A stretch of DNA of 64,000 nucleotides. It comes from a virus (Duplodnaviria; Caudoviricetes). Location: positions 27,270-91,269 of the IMG/VR virus record IMGVR_UViG_3300031555_003108. The stretch is one strand, 5' to 3'. The notes beneath the pieces were generated by a model. The model ran no database searches. It saw nothing but the letters and a program-made list of their open reading frames with translations, and had not been told where the DNA came from. Positions 34,634 through 44,708 of the stretch are shown here, one piece after another; the first letter of the stretch is position 1; the number at the start of each line of letters is the position of its first letter. Both the position numbers and the translations under genes were made by a program.

Positions 34634-35314
34634 TTATGCAGCCTTCTGAAGCAGGGTCCAGTTGTACCAACCATAGAAAGCATTAGCAGTCCAAGCAATG
34701 TACATAGCAACCATAGACCACTGACCGAGAATAATAAACATAATCAAACTTACTACGTCGATAAGAATCCAACAAGCCCACTGTTCTCTGTATCTCCAAA
34801 CCATAAGAAGCTGAGCAATTACAGCGAGTGCGACAGTCATAGCATCAAGATAAGGAAGAGTACTTCCAAGAACTGCTTCGCCAAAATAACCAAGCAAGAA
34901 GGTACTAAGAGCAACTACACTGGTAGCCACAAGCCACTGCCAAAGTTTAAACTTCTTAGCTTTTACCTGTTTAGTTCCGTCGTCATTCTTCTTCATATTT
35001 TTCTTCCACATGAATACACCGAAGATACAAACAATAAAGTAAAACACCTGTTCACCAAACTCAAGATAAAGAGCGAAGTCCCAACAGATAATCATGTAGG
35101 TAATCATCTGAACAAAGTTAAAGATATACGAAGAAATCTTTCCCTTCGCTGTAAGGGCGACGCAGATAACACCGGCAAGTCCGCAGACAATCCCGATAGC
35201 AGAGTCAGGTACAATGAAATACATAATCACCTGAAGCAGGATCAAGGAAGCGAAAAAGATTTTCTCAAAAGTAGTGTAACCATTCCAAAATTCATTCTTA
35301 AGCCATTTTACCAT
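34634..35314 (-). CDS. pnuC: nicotinamide riboside transporter PnuC
   Basis: About 7 TM helices; PYLDA, REQW..W, YGW..W; adjacent to nadR. Confidence 0.9.
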   Translation of the reverse strand: MVKWLKNEFWNGYTTFEKIFFASLILLQVIMYFIVPDSAIGIVCGLAGVICVALTAKGKISSYIFNFVQMITYMIICWDFALYLEFGEQVFYFIVCIFGVFMWKKNMKKNDDGTKQVKAKKFKLWQWLVATSVVALSTFLLGYFGEAVLGSTLPYLDAMTVALAVIAQLLMVWRYREQWACWILIDVVSLIMFIILGQWSMVAMYIAWTANAFYGWYNWTLLQKAA

Positions 35315-36407
35315 TTTCAATAATCTCCTTTACATCATCAACAATTTTCTTAAAGTTATTATAATATCCGCCATCGAGAATAACTACCTTATCCCAATTA
35401 CCGGAAGCTTTGATATTATTACAAAGAATTTCAAAGAGCTCTCTTCTTTCTGTGTCACCGCTAAAAGCCATATAGCGAGTGTGATCATCTACAAATGTTC
35501 CGTGAGGGCAGAGTAGGTAAATCTTATCCCAACGACATTTCTTAGTGATTGCATCAGCTGCAACAGCAATATCTTTAAACTCTTCTTCAGTAAGGTCGAG
35601 CTCAGGATCTTTGTGATAATATTCAGCATACATGCGAGTAGTCATGCTATCAGAGTCCGCAAAGAAGATTCCCTGATTACTCGGCGAGTTAATCAACTTC
35701 TTATTCATCTGATACTGTCCGTCGAGAAAAGCAAGGTAGTCAGCTCCGTCAAGTTCCCATTCTGAGATAGAGCTTTCTTTCATATAGTCTCGGGCATATT
35801 CGTGAGAATAAGGTGCATTGAAATATTTGCCGAGGTCTTTTACTAAAGTTGTCTTACCTTCACTCGCTGTACCGCAGATCAAGATGTTAGTGCTGAATAC
35901 TCTTCTAAAAGGAAAAGTAATTTTATCCCAATACTTAATGGGATTCTGTCTAATCATCGTTGCCGAAATAGGATTAAGTGTTCGGTCGAGCTTTACTACT
36001 CCATAGCCGAGGCTTTCAAGATGAGTTGCATACTCTTCTTCGCTCACATAAAATACAAGCCGACCAGCAGCAGTAGCAGATGCAAGAATTTCTTCAACTT
36101 TGGCCATGAACTTATCCCAGCCATTCGGATAAGCTTCAATGCCGAGTTCAGTTTCATCAATAGGGTAAACCGCCACAAGATCGTCGTCAGCAAAGAGTTC
36201 TCTCACATAGCGATAACGCAGCTTAAGAGGCATAAGCTCTCCACCTCTGTCACCCTCTCTACCATCTACGAGAACTACACATCCTCCGTCGCATTCTTTC
36301 TTAGCTCTCATAATAACATCGAGATGTCCTTGATGAAGAGGTGCAAAGGTTCCGAAAACAACTCCGACCTTTTTTCCTTTCAATCGTTCCTGATAAGTAT
36401 AAATCAT
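35298..36407 (-). CDS. nadR: NadR-type NMN adenylyltransferase / ribosylnicotinamide kinase (no HTH)
   Basis: FGTFAPLHQGH, ISAT.IR, GTASEGKTT P-loop, EYAR.Y. Confidence 0.9.
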   Translation of the reverse strand: MIYTYQERLKGKKVGVVFGTFAPLHQGHLDVIMRAKKECDGGCVVLVDGREGDRGGELMPLKLRYRYVRELFADDDLVAVYPIDETELGIEAYPNGWDKFMAKVEEILASATAAGRLVFYVSEEEYATHLESLGYGVVKLDRTLNPISATMIRQNPIKYWDKITFPFRRVFSTNILICGTASEGKTTLVKDLGKYFNAPYSHEYARDYMKESSISEWELDGADYLAFLDGQYQMNKKLINSPSNQGIFFADSDSMTTRMYAEYYHKDPELDLTEEEFKDIAVAADAITKKCRWDKIYLLCPHGTFVDDHTRYMAFSGDTERRELFEILCNNIKASGNWDKVVILDGGYYNNFKKIVDDVKEIIENGKMA

Positions 36408-36531
36408 TTTATCCTCCGTAATTATTACTATATTTTATAATACAGTAATCAGCTGGCTAATTTTGTGAACTAAAAAAGAACAATATTAACATGTTTTGTT
36501 AACATTGTTCTTTATAATGTTTTAAAATATT

Positions 36532-36687
36532 TTATGAAGCTGTCTCTGCCTGTCTTAAAGCTACATTTTGTCTAAACAGATTATCTAAATCTTTTTTCAT
36601 TTGTATATATCTGTTAGCTACATCTTCTATCGAGTCACACTCTTTAAAAATATCATCTACCATTGACATAAAATCGTATCTATCCAT
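36532..36687 (-). CDS. small hypothetical protein (51 aa)
   Basis: Manually translated MDRYDFMSMVDDIFKEC...; GGGAG RBS. Confidence 0.55.
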   Translation of the reverse strand: MDRYDFMSMVDDIFKECDSIEDVANRYIQMKKDLDNLFRQNVALRQAETAS

Positions 36688-36706
36688 TTATTTTCTCCCG
36701 TCTAAA

Positions 36707-36889
36707 TTAAAGAAATCTCAATTTTCTAAATTTTGTTTTTCCGTCTCCGATGACCAGTCTCGTCGGCTTTAGACCAAACCAGCTTTTATACCAAGGAAGA
36801 TTTGTTACCACAACAAAAGCTCCATCTGGAATAACCGGATTTGCGTTATAAAATTTTTTATAATCATCTCGAATAAATTGAATGCTCAT
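36707..36889 (-). CDS. stand-alone tail-fibre N-terminal (hyaluronidase-N-like) domain
   Basis: NPVIPDG...RLVIGDGKTKF..L motif, also at the N-terminus of 42055-44538. Confidence 0.6.
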   Translation of the reverse strand: MSIQFIRDDYKKFYNANPVIPDGAFVVVTNLPWYKSWFGLKPTRLVIGDGKTKFRKLRFL

Positions 36890-36891
36890 AC

Positions 36892-37137
36892 TTAAGCTCC
36901 CTCTTCCATCTTTGCTCCGCAATTAGGACAGAAATTACCGCCATCGCCTTCGTAGGTAGCTTTACAAACTGAGCAGATTGAGCGTTCTAAGCCAAATCGG
37001 TCAGTAAGCCATTTTCCTTCTTTTGGTGCCTGATTTATGAAATAAGTAAACTCGCAAATCTTACACATTTCACTTTCTTGGCCATTTTTAGAATAAGAGT
37101 ACCGACAGTCGTCGCATGGATTATATGTTTTATTCAT
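36892..37137 (-). CDS. zinc-ribbon protein
   Basis: CSVC...FCPNCGAKM. Confidence 0.75.
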   Translation of the reverse strand: MNKTYNPCDDCRYSYSKNGQESEMCKICEFTYFINQAPKEGKWLTDRFGLERSICSVCKATYEGDGGNFCPNCGAKMEEGA

Positions 37138-37150
37138 TAGCTTATCCTCC

Positions 37151-37348
37151 TTACGCTATAAAATATCCTTGGTTCATTTCACGTAGCCAGTTTTCTCTGG
37201 TGGTAATATGTTTATAAAGTCTTTTATCGCCCCAGCAATCACAGAATACTTCTACTTCAATATAATGTTCTTTAATGTACTCAGGCATTGGAAGCTCATT
37301 AATATTTATTACTTCAAGTATATAATGTTCAAGTAAGTTCATTAGCAA
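37151..37348 (-). CDS. hypothetical protein
   Basis: ORF track; GGAGG RBS. Confidence 0.7.
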   Translation of the reverse strand: MLMNLLEHYILEVININELPMPEYIKEHYIEVEVFCDCWGDKRLYKHITTRENWLREMNQGYFIA

Positions 37349-37779
37349 TCCTCCAAGGTGAAGCCATAGTAGCCTTTTTCATTAGGCTGTACTTCTTCGC
37401 TCCAATGGGTAAAAGGAAGGTCAATACCTTTTTCTTTAAGAGCCCGGCAGAAGTGATAATCACATCTTTCAGGATAGAGTCTCTTATTAGGAACAAAATC
37501 TCTATTTGACTTAACTTCAACCTGTCTCATGTTCTTAGGCTTTGGTTCACCTCGCATGAAGCTTCCGAGTTCCTTTTCGTAGTTTATTGAATAATCTGTG
37601 TTATAGACTACCGTATAAATCTTTTGGTCTTTCATATAGACATGGAAAGTTTCTCTTTCACAAGTATATCCATACAGTAGGGTTCTATTATAGATGTAAG
37701 GTCTCAGTTCTTGAAGTCCAATAATAGCTTCATTAGCTTTATCTATTTCACTAAGCTTATCAAACCATTCTTTTTTCAT
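37342..37779 (-). CDS. hypothetical protein
   Basis: Likely start MKKEWF; RTLLYGY...PNKRLYPE.CD motif. Confidence 0.75.
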   Translation of the reverse strand: MKKEWFDKLSEIDKANEAIIGLQELRPYIYNRTLLYGYTCERETFHVYMKDQKIYTVVYNTDYSINYEKELGSFMRGEPKPKNMRQVEVKSNRDFVPNKRLYPERCDYHFCRALKEKGIDLPFTHWSEEVQPNEKGYYGFTLEDC

Positions 37780-37863
37780 ATAGCTTTCCTCCAAAATAAA
37801 TTCTATATATTTTATAATACAATACCGCGGGCAAAAGAATTATAAAAAATTAAAATTTAGCTA

Positions 37864-37892
37864 TTTACAAATTATACCGCTTGCGGTAATAT
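37864..37892 (+). promoter_or_regulatory. sigmaA-type promoter with palindromic operator in its spacer
   Basis: TTTACA-N17-TAATAT; TACCGC-TT-GCGGTA at 37875-37888. Confidence 0.7.
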
Positions 37893-37924
37893 AAACTTAA
37901 ATAAATTTTAAAGGAGGATTTTAT

Positions 37925-38479
37925 ATGTATTACTGTACTATTTACAAACAATCAAAGCTGTCTGACAAAAACACCTGCGAGGTATTTATCTGTTTATCTT
38001 ACTTAGATAGAGCAGACGCAGAAAAGTATCAACAAAATTTAATTCAACAAGCCATCGAAGCAGGTGGTCGTACTTATTTAACTGAAGGTAATTATACTAC
38101 AATAACCGGCAAAATAGTACTTAAGCCGACTGGTATCACAAGTAATCGAAGTGGCAATCACTATAGAATTGGTATAGAGAGTGAGTCTACGAAATTTTCT
38201 ATTATACCTGCTAAAGCAAAATCTTTAATTCCGGCTTACAAAATAACTGATGGGCTTGCTTATGAAATTTATGTAGAAGAAGCCCAGCAGCGACAATTAA
38301 ACGAGACTTTGGCAAGACAAGAAGAAGTTAGCACTAACTTAACGAAATTTACCGAAGAGATAAAACCAATGACTGACCTTTATGCAGTTTTAAGATCATT
38401 TGTTAAATATCATAATCAGAAGTCAGATAAAGAGCTGCTCGCTGCAATAGCTATTGAAAAAATTCAAGAATTAATTTAA
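37925..38479 (+). CDS. hypothetical protein (only + strand gene)
   Basis: AAGGAGG RBS, own promoter, convergent terminator. Confidence 0.85.
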   Translation: MYYCTIYKQSKLSDKNTCEVFICLSYLDRADAEKYQQNLIQQAIEAGGRTYLTEGNYTTITGKIVLKPTGITSNRSGNHYRIGIESESTKFSIIPAKAKSLIPAYKITDGLAYEIYVEEAQQRQLNETLARQEEVSTNLTKFTEEIKPMTDLYAVLRSFVKYHNQKSDKELLAAIAIEKIQELI

Positions 38480-38487
38480 AGTAAAAC

Positions 38488-38520
38488 AAAAAGAGCTTAA
38501 GATATTTTCTTAAGCTCTTT
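38488..38520. terminator. bidirectional terminator between convergent genes
   Basis: AAAGAGCTTAAGA...TCTTAAGCTCTTT. Confidence 0.8.
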
Positions 38521-38539
38521 CTTTATAGTTTAAAGTTAT

Positions 38540-39640
38540 TTATGCGTTTGTATTAGCTTCAGCTCTCTTAGCACGAATGTACTTCATATCAAGGTCATAA
38601 AGTTTCTTCCAACGCTTAGAAGGATTCTCAGGAGGAGTAACTTCATGCTTCTTCTGAATGTCTCTTATATGCTTTATGAGATGATCTCTCTTAGCTTCAA
38701 GCTGGTTAATCTCATCACGAATTGCCTGAGCCTCATCACAATGTGTTACAAACTCTTCTTCTGTGAGTTTGCCTTCAGTGTATTTAGTTGTCTTATAGTC
38801 ACCAGCAGCAATTTCTCTCTTCTTGAGAGTAATATGATGCTTTGTGTCGTGAAGTTCTGCATAGAAAGGAGCAGACTCCTGAAGATAAGCACGAGTACTA
38901 AATCTGAGTTTCTGAGCGTCATCAGACTGGTCAGCAGTCAACTTAAAGAACTCAAGATCTTCCTTTGTGATATTCTTATTGTACGCTTCCATACCAACAG
39001 AGTAATATCTCATCTTGGTAGAAGGATTGTTAGCACAAAGAATACCATTAGCAAAGTAAGTATTGTTCTCTGTAACCATAGTGTACTGATCAGAATAATT
39101 TGCTTCTTCTACCTTATCGACATAAGCAAGCATTACATCCTTACCATCAACACCGATACCAATTTCTCCAGCTATCCAAGCACCAGAGTTAGAACAACGA
39201 CCCTTTGTCTTAGAGTAGATACCATGAGTATGAGAGATTTCAAGTATCTTACCATTGTTGAATACATGGTACTGCCATACATTGTCTCTACCAGTACTAA
39301 AAGCACCATAAGACTTAACAGGGAAGAGAGTATGATTATCAAGGTCCCAACCCATTACCATATCTCCGTACTTTACATCCTTGAGGTCTTTAGTTGTAAG
39401 GTCTGCCATGAGGATCTGAGTATCACCACGGAGACATGTTTCAAGAGCATATATACGCTGACTAAGTCTTTCAAGCATTGTTTTGAGGTTTGTCTGATAA
39501 CCTTGACCAGTCAAATAAACATCACTCTCAAAAAATACATTTGTACATACTACTTTACCATCTTCAATGGTTAATACAAGATTACCATTAGAGTCATACA
39601 ACCCCCAGCCATTATTTGTTTTTGTCATTAAATTTGCCAT
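38540..39640 (-). CDS. tail-associated protein with Hint (intein-like) autoprocessing domain
   Basis: CLRGDTQI.MAD block A (C69), S.xH block B, TYFANGILCAN end (N204); C-terminal DYK..KY.EG.LTEEE...RDEIN.LE. Confidence 0.8.
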   Translation of the reverse strand: MANLMTKTNNGWGLYDSNGNLVLTIEDGKVVCTNVFFESDVYLTGQGYQTNLKTMLERLSQRIYALETCLRGDTQILMADLTTKDLKDVKYGDMVMGWDLDNHTLFPVKSYGAFSTGRDNVWQYHVFNNGKILEISHTHGIYSKTKGRCSNSGAWIAGEIGIGVDGKDVMLAYVDKVEEANYSDQYTMVTENNTYFANGILCANNPSTKMRYYSVGMEAYNKNITKEDLEFFKLTADQSDDAQKLRFSTRAYLQESAPFYAELHDTKHHITLKKREIAAGDYKTTKYTEGKLTEEEFVTHCDEAQAIRDEINQLEAKRDHLIKHIRDIQKKHEVTPPENPSKRWKKLYDLDMKYIRAKRAEANTNA

Positions 39641-39667
39641 AATATTTTATTCTCCTTATCCTTTGTA

Positions 39668-42055
39668 TTAGATTACTGTACAATAGACAGTTATTGTAAG
39701 ATCTGTTTCAGATTTATAATTTATTGTGAGTGTTCCATTGTCATTCGAAACGACACTAGTAATAGCATCAGTTAATACATCAATTCCATTAACTGTGATT
39801 GAACTATAGTTCTTGTCTTCAAATAGTGTTACGGATGTTTCTGTTTCACTTGCAGGAAGTGTTACTATTTCAGTAATTTCATCATATACTGAGATATTAT
39901 AGGTAAAGCAAGCAGAATACTCATAGTCTAACATAGTTACTACTAATGTTGCAGTTGTTTTACCGTTTTTAATACCAGTAATGTCTACATCCATGCCCGT
40001 TCCAGGCTCTAATGTAGCAATTCCTTCATTAGTATAGGTAATGGAGCTAGTAAGTATATCATTATATGCAGGATAACTAGTAGTTTGTTCGCCTACTTTT
40101 AAAGTGATATCATAAGTGCTATTGTACATGTATCTTGAGTAAATAGAAATTTTTGCTACTCCATTATTGCTATTAGTTACATATAAAATAGCAGTTCCTT
40201 TTTTGAGTGATGTAACTGTAAGCGTTGTACCTTCAAATGTAACATCTACCAAATCTTGATTAGGATCTTCATAATTAACTTCTACTATATCTCCTCCAAA
40301 ACCATCAGTTTCAATAGTAATATCACATGTCTCTCCAACGTATAAAGATCTATCCCACCAGTCATAACCAACGCTACAATTAGGAGGATAGTTACTAAAG
40401 GGTTCAAGAGAATACTGTAAATCATCTGTTGGTAATCCTATTCTACGAGTTGAACTTATAGGTGAACCTAAATCATACCAGTCAGCAACTCCATAAATAA
40501 CATCATCTATTCTAATAGCAACAGCTATTGTTACACCCTTATTATTAACTATGGGTGCAAATCCTGCTGTATTATACTCACTTTCCATCCATTCTGCCCA
40601 TGTCATTGGATATCTATACTTAATTGTAATAGGACCATTTACACTACCAAATGTATATTCACAAAGTTTAACTGTAATTCTAATTTCGTATATAAAACCG
40701 TTATTTGCAGTTACAGTTACTATAGTTGTACCTATTTCAGTAGCAGTTACATTTAAGGAATTAGAACTATAGCCATCCATTTGTACCGTAGCTATTCCAT
40801 CTTCTGAATAAACAGTTGATATTGAAGTTACATCTTCATCCCAAGGGTCTACATCTAAAGAAATATTTTCAGTACAACCAATACTAAGTTCAACATTGTA
40901 TACATCAATTAAGGTAAAATTAAATAAAAATACACGATCATCATCAGTCTTTATATACGCAGAGTCACTACCTGAGCCGCCAGTACAAGTTATATTTATA
41001 TAGTTATCATGATCATATTCTATATTAATGTCACCACTTGTACCCATAGAAGAAATTCCAGTAACAGGATCAGGTAATCTCATTGTTATTGTTTCACCTT
41101 TTTTAATTGTAATGTCATATGTGTCAGTGCAAGTTACGGTAATGTTGATTCTAAAGATCATACCAAGTCCATTTTCTGCATATATTGTTGTATTTCCAAG
41201 GCTATAACCATCAATTACAACTTCATCAGCATGTCCACTATATGCACTTGCTATACTTGAATCTCCTATGCTAAGAATATTTATTGTCTCACTATTTGTA
41301 TAATCATCATCGTAAATACCTAATGAGAGACTATAACTTCCATGAATTAGAACAGAAACATCAAATGTCTCTGCTATCTCATCAGTACTGTACGCAGAAT
41401 CAGTATATTCAGAATGACTCATATAATCATTAGCCGATACTACTAAACCAGATGTTGTATACAATAATGTATTTGATTTTTCAAAGTAAACATTATTTTC
41501 ATCATCAATACTAAAATCGTTATCTGAACCGTAATATGAGCCTATCCATTCGCTCCATTTAAGCCATGGGAGAGTGCTATATTCATACTCAGTACTAGCA
41601 GTTTTAATTGTGAAACGAGTTTTAGTGTAGTCGTCATTTAATGTTAAGCGATCAGTGTCAATACAACAAAAAACATATGTTTCAATATCACCACTGTTTA
41701 ATTCCATAGTGATTGTCGTAAGACCTTCGCTATAAGCATAAATATACCAGTCGTTATCTTCGCCACAACCAACACTAAAGCTATCATCTAGATTAGAAGC
41801 GGTGATTTTATAAATTTCAGATCCCCAGTGAGACGAAAACCTTTCTGGATAAATCCAAGAAGATGGGAAACAGTAATAATCTATATTACTAACTCCTTCT
41901 CCACTACCTCCACCACTAATACTTCCAATACTACTAACAAATTCTGCTGGGAAAACAAGTGTTCCACTACTTCCAGTTTTTGCACGGATTGCATCAGCTA
42001 TAGATGTCAAATCAGCATCTAATTGTGTGACATTTACTAATTTTACTTCTGCCAT
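39668..42055 (-). CDS. virion appendage protein with Ig-like repeats
   Basis: N-terminal LTSIADAIRAKTG; repeated GIAT...G.T.(I/V)TV beta units; two W.EW..S.Y modules. Confidence 0.75.
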   Translation of the reverse strand: MAEVKLVNVTQLDADLTSIADAIRAKTGSSGTLVFPAEFVSSIGSISGGGSGEGVSNIDYYCFPSSWIYPERFSSHWGSEIYKITASNLDDSFSVGCGEDNDWYIYAYSEGLTTITMELNSGDIETYVFCCIDTDRLTLNDDYTKTRFTIKTASTEYEYSTLPWLKWSEWIGSYYGSDNDFSIDDENNVYFEKSNTLLYTTSGLVVSANDYMSHSEYTDSAYSTDEIAETFDVSVLIHGSYSLSLGIYDDDYTNSETINILSIGDSSIASAYSGHADEVVIDGYSLGNTTIYAENGLGMIFRINITVTCTDTYDITIKKGETITMRLPDPVTGISSMGTSGDINIEYDHDNYINITCTGGSGSDSAYIKTDDDRVFLFNFTLIDVYNVELSIGCTENISLDVDPWDEDVTSISTVYSEDGIATVQMDGYSSNSLNVTATEIGTTIVTVTANNGFIYEIRITVKLCEYTFGSVNGPITIKYRYPMTWAEWMESEYNTAGFAPIVNNKGVTIAVAIRIDDVIYGVADWYDLGSPISSTRRIGLPTDDLQYSLEPFSNYPPNCSVGYDWWDRSLYVGETCDITIETDGFGGDIVEVNYEDPNQDLVDVTFEGTTLTVTSLKKGTAILYVTNSNNGVAKISIYSRYMYNSTYDITLKVGEQTTSYPAYNDILTSSITYTNEGIATLEPGTGMDVDITGIKNGKTTATLVVTMLDYEYSACFTYNISVYDEITEIVTLPASETETSVTLFEDKNYSSITVNGIDVLTDAITSVVSNDNGTLTINYKSETDLTITVYCTVI

Positions 42056-44538
42056 TAATATTTACCTCCATCCCATAATTCAAGATTTTCTATAATATTT
42101 TTTACGTAAGCTTTAAGATATCCCTTATTGACTAAAACGTCATCAGGGTCGTAATCATGAGTGTTGTGGGCAGACCTAATACGTCCATCATAATACATTA
42201 CAACGGCATTAGAACGAACAGAATTTGTACCATTACCAAGACAGAATGCAGCATCAACGGTTTTATTAACACCACTCTCATTTTTCAAAGTTTCATGTCC
42301 TATAGCCTTACTATACTTACCAAAGGCAGTTTGGTTATTAACGTCTGTTGATGTCGTATTGCAATAGCCGCCAATAAAGCCGAATCTACTATTTGCAACA
42401 TGTTTTGCGCCAAATGTTGAACTACCGTCGGCATTGACTTCAATTTCTTCACCCATAGCCACAAAAGCTCTGGTTGACGAAGTTGCTTTTGTTGTGATTT
42501 TATCTCCAAATAAACAGTGTCTCGTATCTACTTTATTATTTAGTGTGGAGTTTGTAACCAACTCCATGCTGTTAAATCTAAATAATCCGGCACCTACCTG
42601 AAGGTTACCGCTGATGTAAGCAGTTGTAGTCTGGAGGTCTGAGGTTTTTACTATAGACTTAACGTTTATATTAGCTGCAGAAACATTTGCATTAGCTGTA
42701 AGATTACCTGTAATGGAAATGTTACCGCCGGTAATATTACCCTCAGAGTCCTTGGCACCGTTTAATTTTAAATTACCGTCTGTACCAAGTTCTAGTATAT
42801 TATGACGAACGGAGTCTGTTGGACCGCCGCCAACTATGAAATATGCTGCATCATTAGCAACATTACGCTTACCTAAAATAGTTTGTTCATTATTAACTGT
42901 GGAATTTTGAGTTAACTTGTATCCAGCTATGAGACCGTGTTTACTGAATACTGTATTACCTTGTCCGAAAACTGCGACATCATCAGTATTAACAGTATTT
43001 AGTGTACCACCTACAACGGCACAAGTCGCTCCTGAATTTAGAGTATTACTACTACCGAACACAGCACTGTGTTTAGAATAGTTAGTATTGCTATATCCAG
43101 CAGTAATAGAATTATCATTAAATCCTTTGTTTTCTGTGCCAGTAATAAAAATATTATTTGCATAGTATGTAGTACCGTCAGGTGCAAGACCGCCGGCTTG
43201 GTTATTTTTGCCGCCAGCAATAATTGATTCACCGCAGCCCTTATTAATAATATTATTAAGACCACTAACAAATGTCTGCGCAGAATGAGAAATATTCCCT
43301 TGACCAACAACAATCGAGTCATTTGCTTGAGTTGCTGTTTCATTAGCACTACCAGCAATTATACTTCCCTTTCCGCGGTTAATATTATTCATACCACCGG
43401 TTATGCCAGCATATCCACCAACATTATCACGACCAGAAGTTAGACCAAAACTGCCGGCTTGAATATTATTCATACCGAATGTTTGGGAGAAGATACCCGC
43501 ACCTAAGTTATTGGCTCCAAATACCTGTGCACCCCAGCCTAGCTCTACAGCACCTGAACGACACTTAATAGTTGCCATATCTACCGAAGATAACTCTAGG
43601 CCTGCGATAGATATCGGGGTCGGGAAGATTCTTTCGACAGCAAAAATCGAATAATCATCAGGCATTTCTATCACTGGACCATCAGCAGTTGTAAAAGGTA
43701 GGGAATCAACTGTAATAGCAACAGTGGTAGTAGTCGCACTATAGGATTTTGGATAATCAACACCAAGAACCGCGCCACTATAAATATAGCCGCTATAAGA
43801 AACTTGTTTAGTACTTATACCAGTTATCTTAGCGCAAAACATATAGTTGTTATCGCTAGCGATACTGATATAATCATTACCTGCTGCGCTCCAGTCAAGC
43901 TCTTCTTGCTGGACGCTTACTGCATCAATAGTTTGTTGAAAAACCTCGGCATTATCAAGCCAAGAAGTCATTGAACCTGTATTAGGCTTTCTGTTTTTAA
44001 CCAAGCTGATAGTCGCACTACCATCATCATTAAAGGTAATATCTTTCCAATAGTATCCTTTAATGCCCGCAGTATTTGCTACACCGAGTGAAATTGCCCC
44101 AGTAGATTGTGCTTTACAGCTAGCTCCTAAAGCTAAGCTTAGGTTGCCGCTAGCTTCAGGTTCTGAAAAGTCAAAATCAACTATTCCGCTAGTCAAAATC
44201 TGTTTTAAGCTTTCACCTAGCGCTTCAGCATCAGCTGTTCCAGCAGCTACTGAATAATCACCTGTGGCCTTACCGCTGCCCGTTACTAATAACGAGTTTT
44301 TTCCAGTCCCAGCGAAAGAGCTGATATACAGTGGAAGGTCATTTACATTTGTAACACCATTACCAATTTTAAAGCCGACTGTATCAGCCACGATAATTTC
44401 TGTACCATTCTTATCGGTATGGCGATCATCATAGATGATAAGCTCACCCTGTTTTGGCACGAAATTTTCAGCCTGCTTCCAGTGATTGGCAATGTCATGT
44501 TTGTGGATAATTCGCGTTTTTAATTGCTTCTCTGACAT
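42055..44538 (-). CDS. tail fibre / receptor-binding protein with YadA-like beta-roll repeats
   Basis: N-terminal PKQGELIIYD...FKIGNG; repeated G..N motifs. Confidence 0.8.
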   Translation of the reverse strand: MSEKQLKTRIIHKHDIANHWKQAENFVPKQGELIIYDDRHTDKNGTEIIVADTVGFKIGNGVTNVNDLPLYISSFAGTGKNSLLVTGSGKATGDYSVAAGTADAEALGESLKQILTSGIVDFDFSEPEASGNLSLALGASCKAQSTGAISLGVANTAGIKGYYWKDITFNDDGSATISLVKNRKPNTGSMTSWLDNAEVFQQTIDAVSVQQEELDWSAAGNDYISIASDNNYMFCAKITGISTKQVSYSGYIYSGAVLGVDYPKSYSATTTTVAITVDSLPFTTADGPVIEMPDDYSIFAVERIFPTPISIAGLELSSVDMATIKCRSGAVELGWGAQVFGANNLGAGIFSQTFGMNNIQAGSFGLTSGRDNVGGYAGITGGMNNINRGKGSIIAGSANETATQANDSIVVGQGNISHSAQTFVSGLNNIINKGCGESIIAGGKNNQAGGLAPDGTTYYANNIFITGTENKGFNDNSITAGYSNTNYSKHSAVFGSSNTLNSGATCAVVGGTLNTVNTDDVAVFGQGNTVFSKHGLIAGYKLTQNSTVNNEQTILGKRNVANDAAYFIVGGGPTDSVRHNILELGTDGNLKLNGAKDSEGNITGGNISITGNLTANANVSAANINVKSIVKTSDLQTTTAYISGNLQVGAGLFRFNSMELVTNSTLNNKVDTRHCLFGDKITTKATSSTRAFVAMGEEIEVNADGSSTFGAKHVANSRFGFIGGYCNTTSTDVNNQTAFGKYSKAIGHETLKNESGVNKTVDAAFCLGNGTNSVRSNAVVMYYDGRIRSAHNTHDYDPDDVLVNKGYLKAYVKNIIENLELWDGGKY

Positions 44539-44624
44539 TACTCACACTCCTTTAATTTTAATCAATTTTCAAAAATTAAGAGCTACTAAAAAATTATCTT
44601 TTCAATTTTTTATAAGCAATCATA

Positions 44625-44636
44625 TAATTTAGCCAA
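44625..44636 (-). promoter_or_regulatory. late promoter TTGGCTAAATTA
   Basis: Motif upstream of the fibre operon. Confidence 0.7.
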
Positions 44637-44708
44637 TAAATAAGACAGAAATAATACTTTTAAATATCATTCCTGTCTTATTTATATGAATGTGGGCAGC
44701 TAAGTAAT

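Noticed and set aside
38645-39574. 309-aa + strand ORF
   Set aside because: Antisense shadow of the Hint-domain gene, with implausible Leu/Ser/Ile/Cys-rich composition.
39668-44538. Diversity-generating retroelement targeting the fibres
   Set aside because: No reverse transcriptase and no TR/VR pair seen in this window.
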